From positions 1,688 through 65,687 of the IMG/VR virus record IMGVR_UViG_2740892609_000001: a stretch of DNA of 64,000 bases; one strand, given 5' to 3'. Of this stretch, positions 38,338-48,954 are shown piece after piece. The notes under the pieces are model-generated. The model had not been told where the DNA came from, ran no database searches, and saw nothing but the letters and a program-made list of their open reading frames with translations. Position numbers and translations under genes: made by a program. The first letter of the stretch is position 1; every line of letters starts with the position of its first letter. The stretch comes from a virus. Lineage: Duplodnaviria > Caudoviricetes.

Positions 38338-39282
38338 ATGGCCTACACCAACCTGACCTCCCGGACGGACGCCCAGGCGCTCATTCCGGAAGAGGTCTCC
38401 AACGAGATGCTCGGCAAGGCGCTGGAGCAGTCCGCCGTGCTGTCCCTGTTCCGGAGGGTTCCGGTCGGCCGGGCGCAGGTCCGCTTCCCGGTGCTCAGCG
38501 CGCTGCCGACGGCGTACTTCGTCGGTGGTGACACCGGTCTGAAGCAAACGACGGAGATCAACTGGGCGAACAAGTTCCTCAACATCGAAGAGATCGCCGT
38601 CATCATGCCGGTCCCGGACAACGTCCTGGCCGACGTGGACGCCAACATCTGGGACGAGGCGATGCCTCTGATGACGGAGGCCATGGGCCGGACCCTGGAT
38701 GCGGCGACGTTCTTCGGTACGAACGCGCCTTCGTCCTGGCCCACGAACATCGCGTCGGCGGCAACCGCCGCAGGCAACAACGTCACCGCCAACTCGGCGG
38801 CCACCGCCGGTGCCTTCTTTGGCGACATCGACAACGGCTACGGCCTCGTCGAGGCTGACGGCTACGAGGTGACCGGTTTCGTCGGCGCAACCTCGGTCAA
38901 GTCCAAGCTGCGCAAGTCCCGCGATTCGCAGGGCCGCAAGCTGGACGAGTCCCGCGTCGCCGGGAACCTCATGTCGATCGACGGTCTTCCGGTCGTCTAT
39001 CCGATGCGCGGCCTGTTCGGGACGGGCTCTGGCTCGCCGACGCTGTTCATGGGCGACTGGTCGCAGTTCGTCATCGGCGTCCGACAGGACATCACGATGA
39101 AGATCCTCGACCAGGCCGTCATCCAGGACAACACGGGCGCCATCGTCTACAACCTGGCTCAGCAGGACATGACCGCGATCCGGCTTACCTTCCGCGTGGG
39201 CTGGCAGGTCTCCAACACGATCAACAACGACCAGCCGACCGAGGCGAACCGCTACCCGGTCGCCCGCATCGACCTGCCGTAA
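38338..39282 (+). CDS. Major capsid protein (HK97 fold)
   Basis: ALIPEEVS...EEIAVIMPVP...GDWSQ...NLAQQDMTAIR. Confidence 0.93.
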   Translation: MAYTNLTSRTDAQALIPEEVSNEMLGKALEQSAVLSLFRRVPVGRAQVRFPVLSALPTAYFVGGDTGLKQTTEINWANKFLNIEEIAVIMPVPDNVLADVDANIWDEAMPLMTEAMGRTLDAATFFGTNAPSSWPTNIASAATAAGNNVTANSAATAGAFFGDIDNGYGLVEADGYEVTGFVGATSVKSKLRKSRDSQGRKLDESRVAGNLMSIDGLPVVYPMRGLFGTGSGSPTLFMGDWSQFVIGVRQDITMKILDQAVIQDNTGAIVYNLAQQDMTAIRLTFRVGWQVSNTINNDQPTEANRYPVARIDLP

Positions 39283-39312
39283 CCGACCGCGTTCCACAAG
39301 GAGAGTTCCCTC

Positions 39313-39720
39313 ATGCCCGACACCGCACCTCTGCAGCGGGTCCTGGAGCAGGACGTCGCTCCTGTGTCCACGGCCGGCAACGACCTCGACAGCGTCGTCT
39401 CCCAGGCGCCGTTCGACTGCACCGTCACCAAGGTCGAATTCGTTCCGGTGGCTGCGATCACCGGCGCCAACACCAACACCCGCTCCGTCACCCTCTTCAA
39501 CAAGGGTGCAGCCGGAAGCGGTACGACCACGGTCGCCACCCTCCAGTTCGACTCGGGCGTGAATGCCTCGGCGAACGACGAGAAGACGATCACGCTCTCG
39601 GGCACTGCCGCGAACCTGGACCTGTCGGCCGGAGACACGCTGCTCTGGAGGTCCCTGCACATCGGCACTGGAATCGCCGACCCGGGCGGCCTTGTCCGCG
39701 TCACCGTCACTCGCCGCTGA
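39313..39720 (+). CDS. Virion protein (possible capsid decoration)
   Basis: Beta-rich; follows the capsid gene. Confidence 0.65.
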   Translation: MPDTAPLQRVLEQDVAPVSTAGNDLDSVVSQAPFDCTVTKVEFVPVAAITGANTNTRSVTLFNKGAAGSGTTTVATLQFDSGVNASANDEKTITLSGTAANLDLSAGDTLLWRSLHIGTGIADPGGLVRVTVTRR

Positions 39721-39731
39721 GGAGCAGACCC

Positions 39732-39962
39732 ATGGCCGAGCGCAAGAACACCCAGCCGCCGCAGGATGCGGCACAGAAGGAAGTCCAGAAGGCCGTTGAC
39801 GAGGCGGAGGGCAAGGGCTACCTCGGCGTCGAGGTGGACCCGACGCCGGACGACCATTACACCGTCGCCGGCGTACTCGCAGGCAAGCCGACGCCCGAGA
39901 CCGACGCCGAGCACGCTCGGAAGATCCGGCAGCAGCTGGACGACGACGCGCGCGCCCGCTGA
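39732..39962 (+). CDS. Hypothetical head-region protein
   Basis: RBS; DPTPDDHYTVAGV...PTPETD. Confidence 0.65.
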   Translation: MAERKNTQPPQDAAQKEVQKAVDEAEGKGYLGVEVDPTPDDHYTVAGVLAGKPTPETDAEHARKIRQQLDDDARAR

Positions 39963-39977
39963 CGAAGGGAGGCCGCC

Positions 39978-40550
39978 GTGGCTCTCCCGGCTTTCGCGAC
40001 GGCGGCCGACCTCGCCGCCGCCACTCAGCGCTCCGACCTGAGCACGGAATCCGCTGACCTGGCTCTGGCTTCGGCTTCGGCGGTCATCCGGAGTTGGACC
40101 AGGCAGTCGATCACTCAGGTGATCGATGACGTCGTCACCCTGAGGGTGCTGACTGACTACGAGCTGATCCTGCCGCAGCGGCCGGTGGTCTCGGTGTCGC
40201 AGGTCCGCGTGAACGGGCTGACCCTGCTGGACTGGGTGCTATCCGGGGACCGGCTGCTCCGGACGGGCGGGTGGCGCCGCCTGCCCGGCACTACGACCTA
40301 TCCAGACCCTGGGCTGGTCGAGGTGACGTACACGCACGGGTATGCGGAGATCCCTGACGAGGTGCGGGCGGTCTGCATCGACCTGGCGGCTATGACGCTC
40401 ACGAATCCCGGGGGCTTGCGGGAGGTCGCCATCGACGACTACCGGCGTGTATTCGCCTCGGAGACGTTGGGGTCCGGCGTCCTGTCGCCTGCTCACCGGG
40501 AGATGCTCGCCGGTTACCGCAGGCGCATCGGAACGGTGGGCCTGCGGTGA
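39978..40550 (+). CDS. Head-to-tail adaptor
   Basis: FATAADL...ASAVIR...VEVTYTHGY..IP...NPGGL. Confidence 0.85.
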   Translation: MALPAFATAADLAAATQRSDLSTESADLALASASAVIRSWTRQSITQVIDDVVTLRVLTDYELILPQRPVVSVSQVRVNGLTLLDWVLSGDRLLRTGGWRRLPGTTTYPDPGLVEVTYTHGYAEIPDEVRAVCIDLAAMTLTNPGGLREVAIDDYRRVFASETLGSGVLSPAHREMLAGYRRRIGTVGLR

Positions 40551-40957
40551 GCGATCTGGAGGCTGCTCTTGCTGCGGGCCGCCTGGCCGCGTTGGAGCTG
40601 CAGCGGGAGACGATCACGCTGTATCGGCCCAGCAGCGACGACGGCTTCGACTGGGACACGGGTACGGACAGTCCGGCTGCGGCGACCGTCATCTACTCGG
40701 GCCCGGCCCGGGTGAAGCCGGCGGCACAGTCCCGCGGCGAGGAGATCGACGCGGGCGAAGCGAACGTCACGCTGCGCGAATACACGGTGTCGCTGCCATG
40801 GGACACGACGGTTGCTCAGCTTCCTGCCGTGGGCGACCTCATGGACGTCTCGGCGTCTCCGGATGCCCGGATGGTCGGCTTGCGCCTGTGGGTGACGGGC
40901 CTCCAGTACAGCTCGACGGCCACGGCCTGGCGAATTACCGCGGAGGACCGGTCATGA
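40547..40957 (+). CDS. Head closure protein (DUF6093-like)
   Basis: VIYSGPARVK...TAWR; position in the operon. Confidence 0.75.
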   Translation: MSDLEAALAAGRLAALELQRETITLYRPSSDDGFDWDTGTDSPAAATVIYSGPARVKPAAQSRGEEIDAGEANVTLREYTVSLPWDTTVAQLPAVGDLMDVSASPDARMVGLRLWVTGLQYSSTATAWRITAEDRS

Positions 40958-41346
40958 CAGCAGACACCCACGAACTGGCGCAATTGGCCATCGTGTTGGC
41001 GCAAGCCGCGCCGGAGGCAGAGCGAAGCATGGTCAGCATCGTCGTTCGGGGCGCACTCAACGTGAAGAACGAGTGGCGAGCCAACGCCATCGCCTCATCG
41101 CGCGAGCATGCTCGCCGGTACCCCTACACCATCAATTTCGACATACACCCCATGCCTGGCGGCGCCGAGGCGGATATCGGTCCGGACCGCAGTAGGGATG
41201 ACGTGCAGGCGTCATACGGTGCGATCCTCGAGTTCGGCAGCATCAACAACGCCCCTCACAACGACGGTGGACGGGCTTTGCTGGCGGAGGCGCCGCGCTT
41301 CGAGGCTCAGGTCGTAGCGCTCACCGAGCGACTGGGGCGCCTGTAG
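40954..41346 (+). CDS. HK97 gp10-like neck protein
   Basis: GALNVK...ADIGPD...ILEFGS.NNAP. Confidence 0.75.
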   Translation: MTADTHELAQLAIVLAQAAPEAERSMVSIVVRGALNVKNEWRANAIASSREHARRYPYTINFDIHPMPGGAEADIGPDRSRDDVQASYGAILEFGSINNAPHNDGGRALLAEAPRFEAQVVALTERLGRL

Positions 41347-41747
41347 TGGCGGCCCCGGACATCAAGCCGCACGTGGACGCCATCATGGCGGCCCTCACAG
41401 CGGGCGGACTGGCGGTGGGGGAAGGCGGGGCCCCATCCTCCGTGCCGACTACCGGTGCCTACGCGGCCCTCTACGTCGACCCGGGCCAGTCCCTCCCGGA
41501 GTCTCTCGCCGACCAGCGGACCAACTTCGCGCTGTCTTTCCAGATCACCTGCGTGGGTCCTACGCCGGAGAAATGCCGCTGGGCTGCCCAACGGGCCCGG
41601 ATGGCCCTGCATGCCCCACTAACGGTGGCTGGTCGTACAGCGTGGCGGCCTGAGGAGCTGGGTGGCCCGCCGATGCAGCGCGATGACGATGTTTCCCCGC
41701 CCCTCTACTACCTGCCGGTGCAGTACCGGCTGCAGTCCACGTCCTGA
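41346..41747 (+). CDS. Tail terminator
   Basis: FQITCVG...RDDDVSPPLYY. Confidence 0.8.
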   Translation: MAAPDIKPHVDAIMAALTAGGLAVGEGGAPSSVPTTGAYAALYVDPGQSLPESLADQRTNFALSFQITCVGPTPEKCRWAAQRARMALHAPLTVAGRTAWRPEELGGPPMQRDDDVSPPLYYLPVQYRLQSTS

Positions 41748-41759
41748 TCGGAGATTCCC

Positions 41760-42092
41760 ATGGCGCTCCTCGCGCAGCAGGTCGTCGCACTGAGCGGCCT
41801 GACCCCGACCTACTCGGCTGCCGCCGCATCCACCACGGTGACGTGCGGCGAGCGCAGCTTCCTCCACGTCAAGAACACGAACGGCTCGTCGATGACAGTG
41901 ACGCTGACCTCGACGGCCCGCGTCCGGGGCCAGCTCGCGGCGGACGTCGTCGTCACGGTCCCCGCGACGACCGGCGACAAGCTCATCGGCCCGATCACCG
42001 CCGATCTGTTTGCGAGCGCGGCCGACGGCGTCAGCTGCTCGGTCACGTACTCCAGCACCACCAGCGTCACCGTCGCCAGCCTGGTCATCTGA
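41760..42092 (+). CDS. Small virion-associated protein
   Basis: FLHVKNTNGSSMTVT...VTVPATTG..IGP. Confidence 0.7.
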   Translation: MALLAQQVVALSGLTPTYSAAAASTTVTCGERSFLHVKNTNGSSMTVTLTSTARVRGQLAADVVVTVPATTGDKLIGPITADLFASAADGVSCSVTYSSTTSVTVASLVI

Positions 42093-42112
42093 CCCCCACC
42101 CGCGTCCTGCTC

Positions 42113-42136
42113 GCCCCGTCCGGCGGGGCCTTTTTC
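42113..42136 (+). terminator. Terminator-like hairpin just upstream of the major tail gene
   Basis: GCCCCGT-ccg-GCGGGGC-CTTTTT. Confidence 0.55.
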
Positions 42137-42153
42137 ATGCCCTGGAGGGCCCC

Positions 42154-42633
42154 ATGTCCGACCTCATCAGCGACGGCAAGACCAAGGTGGTCTGGGCGTC
42201 GTCCATCGCCAACATCGCCGCCCCGACCACGACCGAACTCAATGCGGGCGCGGACTTCACGACCCGCATCACCCCCGACGGCCTCAAGCTCGACCCGTCC
42301 ACGGCGGACGTCGACACGTCTTCCCTCGCCTCGACCTTCGACACGAAGACCGTCGGTCGAGTCGGATTCGATGTGGAGCTGACTTTCAAGCGAGGCTCCA
42401 CGGGCGGCGAAGACCTGCCGTACACCACGCTCAAGTACGGCGTGAGCGGCTATCTCGTGGTCCGCCGTGGCGTCGACTACGCGACTGCCTGGGCCTCCTC
42501 CCAAAAGGTGGAGGTGTACCCGATCACCTGCGGCGAGCCCGCTAACAGCTCGCCTGCCGCCAACGAGGTCATGAAGTTCATGTCCCCGATGCGGGTCACG
42601 TCGGCTCCGGCGACGGCCGCGACGGTGGCCTGA
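42154..42633 (+). CDS. Major tail protein
   Basis: DGKTKV...IANIAAPTTTELNAG...GYLVVRRG...VEVYP. Confidence 0.88.
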   Translation: MSDLISDGKTKVVWASSIANIAAPTTTELNAGADFTTRITPDGLKLDPSTADVDTSSLASTFDTKTVGRVGFDVELTFKRGSTGGEDLPYTTLKYGVSGYLVVRRGVDYATAWASSQKVEVYPITCGEPANSSPAANEVMKFMSPMRVTSAPATAATVA

Positions 42634-43151
42634 TGCCCGACATCTCAGAGATCCTCAAGAAGGCCAAGAGGCGGCAGAAGTCCGTCTTTCTGTGCCTGGC
42701 TGGCGACGAGCTCGCCGTGCTGGAACGCCTTGAGAAGGAGCTCGCCGGCCTGGGCGATGCCTGGGCGCCGGGCAGTCTCGCCGAGAAGGACCCGCGTAAG
42801 AAGCTCGCCGAGAAGGTCGCAGCAGCCCGTCAGGCGGTCCGTGCGTCCGAGACGGAGTTCCGGTTCGAGGCCCTCGGCGACAAGGCCTGGTCGGACCTGA
42901 TCGCCGCGCACCCGCCGCGGGAGAAGGGGCAGGGGTTTGACCCCGAGACTTTCGCCCCTGCTCTGATCGCTGCCTGCGCGGTCGACCCGGTGATGACCGT
43001 GGACCAGGTCAAGGAACTGTTCGACATCCTCAACCATGCCCAGCGTGACGTCCTGTGGCAGGGCGCATTCGATGTCAACACGGAGGCCACGGGAATCCCT
43101 TTCTCATTGACCGCCTCCGGGATCTTGGACTCCCTCACCGGCGCGAAGTAG
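42633..43151 (+). CDS. Tail assembly chaperone (G-like)
   Basis: WSDLIAAHPP...F.PETF.PALIAAC; between major tail and tape measure. Confidence 0.85.
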   Translation: MPDISEILKKAKRRQKSVFLCLAGDELAVLERLEKELAGLGDAWAPGSLAEKDPRKKLAEKVAAARQAVRASETEFRFEALGDKAWSDLIAAHPPREKGQGFDPETFAPALIAACAVDPVMTVDQVKELFDILNHAQRDVLWQGAFDVNTEATGIPFSLTASGILDSLTGAK

Positions 43152-43456
43152 AGACAGCCCGCGCCTGGGGCGTCCCGCGGTCCGTGTTCCTTGGCCGGGC
43201 CGTGGCCCCAGGCGAGCCGCTATGGCTCGACGAGGACCGCGCCTGGGCACTCGCCCTCGCCGAGGTCGAGCGGGATTCATGCCCCGACTGCGGCCAGCCG
43301 TGGTCTGAGGCGTCCGCGGCGGAGAACGAGTTCGACTACGAGGCCACCCTCCTGGTGTGCCACGCCTGCGCGACTGGCGCCCGTAAGGCCCACGCCCACC
43401 AGAAGGCCGGCGGCGACCCCAAGGGGCTGCACGTCGCCATCACGAGACGGGGGTAG
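43097..43456 (+). CDS. Tail chaperone -1 frameshift extension (GT-like)
   Basis: Slippery C-CCT-TTC at 43097-43103; -1 frame open to 43456. Confidence 0.75.
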   Translation, partial: PFLIDRLRDLGLPHRREVETARAWGVPRSVFLGRAVAPGEPLWLDEDRAWALALAEVERDSCPDCGQPWSEASAAENEFDYEATLLVCHACATGARKAHAHQKAGGDPKGLHVAITRRG

Positions 43457-43459
43457 CGC

Positions 43460-46400
43460 GTGGCCACTCGTACCGTGAACGTCGTCCTGACCGGCACGGC
43501 AACGCCGTTCATTAGCGCCACCCAGCAGGCGGCGCGGGCTTCTCAGGCGGCGTCTCGGCAGATCGAGACGTCGATGCGGGCGGCGACGAACTCCTCGTCG
43601 GCCGCCCTGCAGAACATGGCGCGAGCAGCCGAGACGCAGGGCGCGCGTGCTGCTGCGAGCATGAACCGCACAGCGTCGGTGACTGAGTCGCAGATGCGGC
43701 GAGCCGGAGTGAGCGGCCGGGAGTCCCTGAATCAGGTGGGCGCGGGCGCCGCTCAGGCGGCGTCCAGTATGGGCGCGGTGAACCGGGCCGCGGCGACCAC
43801 CGGCGCCCAGCTGACTCAGCTGGGGGGCCGCGGCGCTGCGGGTGTGAACCAGGCCTCTGCTTCGCTGGGACAGCTGTCCTCGCGCCTGGGGGCAGTTAAC
43901 ACGGCCGCCGCGACGACGGGGGCACAGCTCACGGGGCTCGGCACTCGTGGTGCCGCGGCGGTCAACCTTGTTGCCGCCTCTTCGGCGCAGGCCGCTACTG
44001 GCATGGCGACGGTTGCGTCCGCGGCTACTGCGGCGGCAGCTACGACGGCCCGCCAGTTCACAGGCGCTGGCGGGGCGGTGACGCGGGTCTCTGCGGCAGC
44101 GCGCGCGGCGGCTGCAGCTGATGCCGGTCGCATCGCTTCGGCGTGGTCGTCTGCTGCGGCTGCCATCGGCGGCGGCATGCGTTTCGCGGCGTCGACCGTC
44201 GGTACGAGCATGGTCGAGGTTGCCAACACGTCCGAGAAGTCACTCAAGGCTGCCCGTGCGGCCTCGCTCGGGCTGGTAGCCGTGTTCGCGCTGGCCGCAG
44301 CGGCGGCAGCCCGCTTCGAGAAGGCGATGTCGGAGGTTCGGGCAGTTACAGGCGGCAACGCCGACGAGATGAAGGCCCTGTCGGCGGCCGCCTTGGAGGC
44401 TGGTCAGGCGACGGTCTATTCGGCGACTCAGGCGGCGAACGCCGAGGCGGAGCTGGCGCGAGCCGGCATCTCGACCGCGGACATCATCGGCGGTGCACTG
44501 CGCGGCTCGCTCGACCTGGCTGCATCCGGGCAACTCGCCCTCGGCGAGTCGGCGATCATCGCCGCTCAGGCTATGAACGCCTTCAAGTTGAAGGGTGGCG
44601 ACGTCGGGCACATCGCTGACGTCATCTCTGCGGGCGCCGGCAAGTCGGCTACCAACGTTCACGCGATGGGCCTGGCCTTCCGACAGGCAGCACTCCTGTC
44701 GTCGCAGACGGGGCTGTCGCTGGAGGAGACCGTCGGCACGCTGTCGCTCTTCGCCCAGAACGCCCTCGTTGGCTCGGACGCCGGTACCTCGCTCAAGGTC
44801 ATGCTTCAGAGGCTGGTCCCGCAGTCCAAAGAGGCCGCGACCATGATGGACCAGATTGGCTTCAGCGCCTACGACGCGTCCGGCCAGTTCATCGGCCTGT
44901 CGGCTCTCGCCGACGTCATGAAGTCATCCTTCTCAAAGCTGACGCCGGAGGCGCGCAACGCCGCAATGGCGACCATCTTCGGGGCAGACGCTGTACGGTC
45001 AGCGACCGTCCTGTATGAGGCGGGCTCTGCGGGAATCGATCAGTGGGTCAGTGCCGTCAACGATCAGGGGTACGCCACCCGCGTCGCTGCCACCATGACT
45101 GACAACCTCTCCGGTGACCTGGAGCGACTCAAGGGCGCCCTGGAGACTGCCCTGATCAGTTCGGGATCATCCGGCAACAAGATCCTTCGTGAGATGGCGC
45201 AGACCCTCGCTGGGGTCGTGAACTGGTACAACCAGCTGTCGCCGTCCGTGCAGTCCAACGTCACGATACTGGCCGGCCTCGTCGGCATCCTGGGCCTCGT
45301 CGGCTCCAGTCTGCTGCTGATGCTGCCTCGCATCATGGCCGTCCGGACCGAACTGGTCGCGCTAGGAGTCACGGCCGCCAGGGTTCGCGGAGCGATGCTG
45401 GGCCTGGGCGGGCTTGCGGTCATCCTGACTACTCTCGGCGCGGTCGCGACGGGCATCGGAAAGCTCACGGAGCGGTTCCGGGACGCCCCGCCCGAGATCA
45501 ACAAGATGGCCGAGAGCCTCGTCGACTTCGCCCAGAAGGGCAAAGTCTCCGGCGAGATGGCCCGAATCTTCGGCGCCAACTTGGACAAGGCCGGCGACGC
45601 AATCGAGCGCATTGCCCACCCGGGCGCCCTCGATCGCGTCGAGGACTTCTTCAGCACGTTCGACCCGAACGCCGATGCGGGACCGAGCCTGGAAGCAGCC
45701 CGCGAGAAGATCCGCGGGCTGGACGAAGCGCTGGCCGGGCTCGTCTCCGGCGGCGCAACCAAGGAGGCCGCGGAGAATTTCAAGCGGCTATCCGAGGAAG
45801 CCAACAAGCACGGAACCAGCACCGAAAAGCTCATGACGCTGCTGCCTCAGTATGAGGGCGCCCTGGCCGCGACCTCGACGTCGGCCAAGCTCGCCGCGGG
45901 CTCGCAGAAGGAGCTCGGTGACGCCACGCAGCTGACTGCGGGTGATCTGCAGGACACCCGCACCGAGGCTGACAAGTTGAAGGATTCGCTGGACCTGCTG
46001 AACGGGGCGGCGATCTCTTCAGCCGAGAAGGAGATCTCTTTCCGGGCGAGCCTGAAGGATCTCACCGACACGGTGAAGGAATCCGGCCACAGCCTGGACG
46101 TCACATCGGAAGCCGGCCGGAAGGTGAAGGGGAGCTTCCTCGATGCTGCGCAGGCGGCGATGGCGCACGCGAAGGCCGTCACCGAGCAGCAGAACAGTGT
46201 GGAGGCGGGCAACGCGGTCCTAGAGCAGGACATCGCTGTTCTGAAGCGGCAGATGGAGGCAGCCGGATTCTCGACCGAGGCGATCAACGGGCTGATCGGC
46301 GCTTACGCCCAGGTGCCCACCCAGGTCGTCACGGATATCAAGGCTGAGACCGATGCCGCTGTCGCTGACCTGCAGAACGTGCAGGCGGAACTCGGCAAGA

Positions 46401-47029
46401 CGAAGGGTAAGTCGATCACGATCGACGCCCTCACTCAGCAGGCCGAACTGAACCTGACGCAGCTCGGCTTCAAGGTCGTCCGGCTCCCGGACGGGCACGT
46501 CACGGTGTACATCCCGACCGGGCCGCCCAGCGCGGCTGTCGATGCGATTCAGGGCCGGATCAACAGCATCCAGGGCCGCACCGTGGGTGTCGGCGTCTAC
46601 CTCAAGGCGACCGCCTCCGACTCGGACGCCAACGGCATCCCCGACCTCATCCAAGCCCGACGTGACGGCGGCCTCGTGGGTTACGCCACGGGGGGCGCGG
46701 TCCGCGGCTACCCGACCGGCGGCGCGGTTCGCGGTCCCGGCTCGGGCACCTCGGATTCCATCCTTGCCCGCATCAGCAACGGCGAATACGTGATCCGGGC
46801 GGCGAGCGTCCGCCAGTACGGCGTAGGGCTGCTCGACCAGCTGAACGCGGGCCGGCTTCGCCCAGCGTCCGGCTACAGCGCACGGCCGGCAGCCCAGTTC
46901 GGGTCGGGCGGCTCTGGAGCCCCAGTTCAGGAGGTCGCCAAACACGTCACGATCAACCTGTATGGGGCCAAGCAGTCCTCTGCCGAGCAGGCTGCCGAAA
47001 TTCAGCGACACCTCGCCTTCGCGAACTGA
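43460..47029 (+). CDS. Tape measure protein
   Basis: 1189 aa, Ala-rich; FEKAMSEV...GSDAGTSLKVML...DNLSGDL; GPGSGTSDSI.A.ISNGEYV. Confidence 0.95.
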   Translation: MATRTVNVVLTGTATPFISATQQAARASQAASRQIETSMRAATNSSSAALQNMARAAETQGARAAASMNRTASVTESQMRRAGVSGRESLNQVGAGAAQAASSMGAVNRAAATTGAQLTQLGGRGAAGVNQASASLGQLSSRLGAVNTAAATTGAQLTGLGTRGAAAVNLVAASSAQAATGMATVASAATAAAATTARQFTGAGGAVTRVSAAARAAAAADAGRIASAWSSAAAAIGGGMRFAASTVGTSMVEVANTSEKSLKAARAASLGLVAVFALAAAAAARFEKAMSEVRAVTGGNADEMKALSAAALEAGQATVYSATQAANAEAELARAGISTADIIGGALRGSLDLAASGQLALGESAIIAAQAMNAFKLKGGDVGHIADVISAGAGKSATNVHAMGLAFRQAALLSSQTGLSLEETVGTLSLFAQNALVGSDAGTSLKVMLQRLVPQSKEAATMMDQIGFSAYDASGQFIGLSALADVMKSSFSKLTPEARNAAMATIFGADAVRSATVLYEAGSAGIDQWVSAVNDQGYATRVAATMTDNLSGDLERLKGALETALISSGSSGNKILREMAQTLAGVVNWYNQLSPSVQSNVTILAGLVGILGLVGSSLLLMLPRIMAVRTELVALGVTAARVRGAMLGLGGLAVILTTLGAVATGIGKLTERFRDAPPEINKMAESLVDFAQKGKVSGEMARIFGANLDKAGDAIERIAHPGALDRVEDFFSTFDPNADAGPSLEAAREKIRGLDEALAGLVSGGATKEAAENFKRLSEEANKHGTSTEKLMTLLPQYEGALAATSTSAKLAAGSQKELGDATQLTAGDLQDTRTEADKLKDSLDLLNGAAISSAEKEISFRASLKDLTDTVKESGHSLDVTSEAGRKVKGSFLDAAQAAMAHAKAVTEQQNSVEAGNAVLEQDIAVLKRQMEAAGFSTEAINGLIGAYAQVPTQVVTDIKAETDAAVADLQNVQAELGKTKGKSITIDALTQQAELNLTQLGFKVVRLPDGHVTVYIPTGPPSAAVDAIQGRINSIQGRTVGVGVYLKATASDSDANGIPDLIQARRDGGLVGYATGGAVRGYPTGGAVRGPGSGTSDSILARISNGEYVIRAASVRQYGVGLLDQLNAGRLRPASGYSARPAAQFGSGGSGAPVQEVAKHVTINLYGAKQSSAEQAAEIQRHLAFAN

Positions 47030-47044
47030 GAGAGGTGATCGCCT

Positions 47045-47914
47045 GTGCCGTACATCCCCGGCACCAGCCTCGGCGGCCGCCGGGTCGACCTCGGCAGCGT
47101 CTCCCTGGGAATGGTTGACGCTGCCGGAGTCGCCTGGCATCTGATCGCAATGGACGGCTGGGACAGCCCCGAGCTGCGTGCCGAGTACTCGCCGCGCGAG
47201 GCTGACCATGGCGCGTGGGCTGCCCCCGTCTACCTCGGGCAGAGACCGATCACCCTCGCTGGGAAGATCGAGACGTCGAGCCTGGCGGCCCTAGACAGCG
47301 CCATGGAGCGGCTGATTGCGGCCTGCGCCCTGACGGACACCACGCTCACGGTGTACGAGACGACGCCCAAACAGGCGACCGTCAGACGCTCCGGCCAGCT
47401 TCTTCTGCGCCCGATCACGGACCGCATCGCCGAGTATTCGATCCTCGTCACAGCCGCTGACCCGCGCCGCTATTCGACGGTGCAGCAGTCGCGATCGACG
47501 GGCCTGCCGTCCGTGACTGGCGGCCTGACAATCCCCGTCACCGTCCCGTTCACCATCAGCACGACCGTGACGGGCGGCGCCTTCACTCTGGTCAACGACG
47601 GCAGCATCGGCACACGCCCGACCTTCACGATCACCGGCCCTGCCGCAATGCCAGTCATCGTGTGCGAGCGGCAGGACGGGACGATCGTCCAACTCGCCTA
47701 CACGCAGACTCTCGGCGCCGGCGACACCCTCGTCATCGACACCGACGCGCACACGGTCACCCTCAACGGGACCGCGTCCCGACGCCGGTACCTGTCGGCG
47801 CAGCCGGCCTGGCCTGAGATCCCGCCCGGCGACTCCCTGTCGGTCCAATGGACCGCCTCAGCCTATGACGCCGCCGCCCTGCTCACCGGCACCTGCCGGT
47901 CCGCCTGGATGTAA
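47045..47914 (+). CDS. Distal tail protein
   Basis: GVAW...GW...HGAW...AADPRRY...RSAWM; follows the tape measure. Confidence 0.8.
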   Translation: MPYIPGTSLGGRRVDLGSVSLGMVDAAGVAWHLIAMDGWDSPELRAEYSPREADHGAWAAPVYLGQRPITLAGKIETSSLAALDSAMERLIAACALTDTTLTVYETTPKQATVRRSGQLLLRPITDRIAEYSILVTAADPRRYSTVQQSRSTGLPSVTGGLTIPVTVPFTISTTVTGGAFTLVNDGSIGTRPTFTITGPAAMPVIVCERQDGTIVQLAYTQTLGAGDTLVIDTDAHTVTLNGTASRRRYLSAQPAWPEIPPGDSLSVQWTASAYDAAALLTGTCRSAWM

Positions 47915-47926
47915 AGGAGCCCGATC

Positions 47927-48954
47927 GTGGTTGCTACAGATCCGACCTGGCTCGCTCTGACCTACGACGAGGTAGAGCTCCGTAAAATGGACTCCGCTTT
48001 CGTGATGGCCAACGGCTCCGCACTCGGGTCCCGCGGCGGGATCCGCCCCGGCGACCCCGGCTTGGCCGTCTCGCTGGCCGGCACGACGGTCAACGTCACC
48101 GCCGGTACAGGCGCTGTACACCGCTCGGGGCAGGGCGTGTACCGGGTGCAGCTCGCGGCGACCAGCCCCGGAACCCTGTCGGCCGCGCACGCAACGTTCA
48201 GCCGCATCGATCTCGTCTACGTGCGGGTCTGGGACAACTCGGTCGACTCCAGCGGGCTGAGCAAAGCGGACACCGTCTATTTGGCGGGCACGCCGTCCGG
48301 GTCCCCGGTTGCCCCGACCCCCGGCGCCACCGAAATCTATCTGCCTCTCGCGACGATCACCGTGCCGTCCACAGGTGGCGGCGGCACCGGTTCGGCGACG
48401 GTCTCCTCAACAGTCCGACAGGTGACCGTCGCTCCGGGCGGCATCCTTCCTGTGACATCCGCAGCCGACATCGCTATCGCCGGCGTCTATACCGGCCAGG
48501 CCCGCTACAACACCGTCCGCGGCACTGTCGAGTACTGGAACGGCAGCGCTTGGGCGGCGCCCGGCGACTGGGTCGCCTACACGCCGACCTGGGCGGGGAT
48601 GAGCGCCCTTGGCTCATCGGTGTCGACGGGGCGTTGGGCGCGCGTCGGTAACACGATCGACGTCACTGCACAGCTGGTCTGGGGTTCCGGCAGCACTATC
48701 GGCTCCGGTGCGATCACCGTGTCCCTGCCCGCGGCCGCAGCCTCCAGCGTCCCCGCTGGGTTGGCACCGGCTACTACAGCGACGGCCTCAACCCGTTCAA
48801 ACCGCTGGCCGGCATCATCTCCGCCGGCGGTTCGGTCATGTCGCTGTTCGCAACGCGTCAGTCCGACATCGGCTACCAGAGCCCCGGCTCGCTCGGCTAC
48901 TCCTGGGTCAGCGGGTCCTCCATGAACCTGCAGATCCGGTACGAGGCGGCCTGA
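47927..48954 (+). CDS. Minor tail protein (apparent frameshift at C-run 48751-48754)
   Basis: RIDLVYVRVWD...GTP...YTPTW; adding one base runs it to ...RYEAA stop coupled to ATG 48954. Confidence 0.7.

Noticed and set aside
43769-43966. 39-aa tandem repeat in the tape measure N-terminus
   Set aside because: Ordinary tape measure repeat, diverged at synonymous sites
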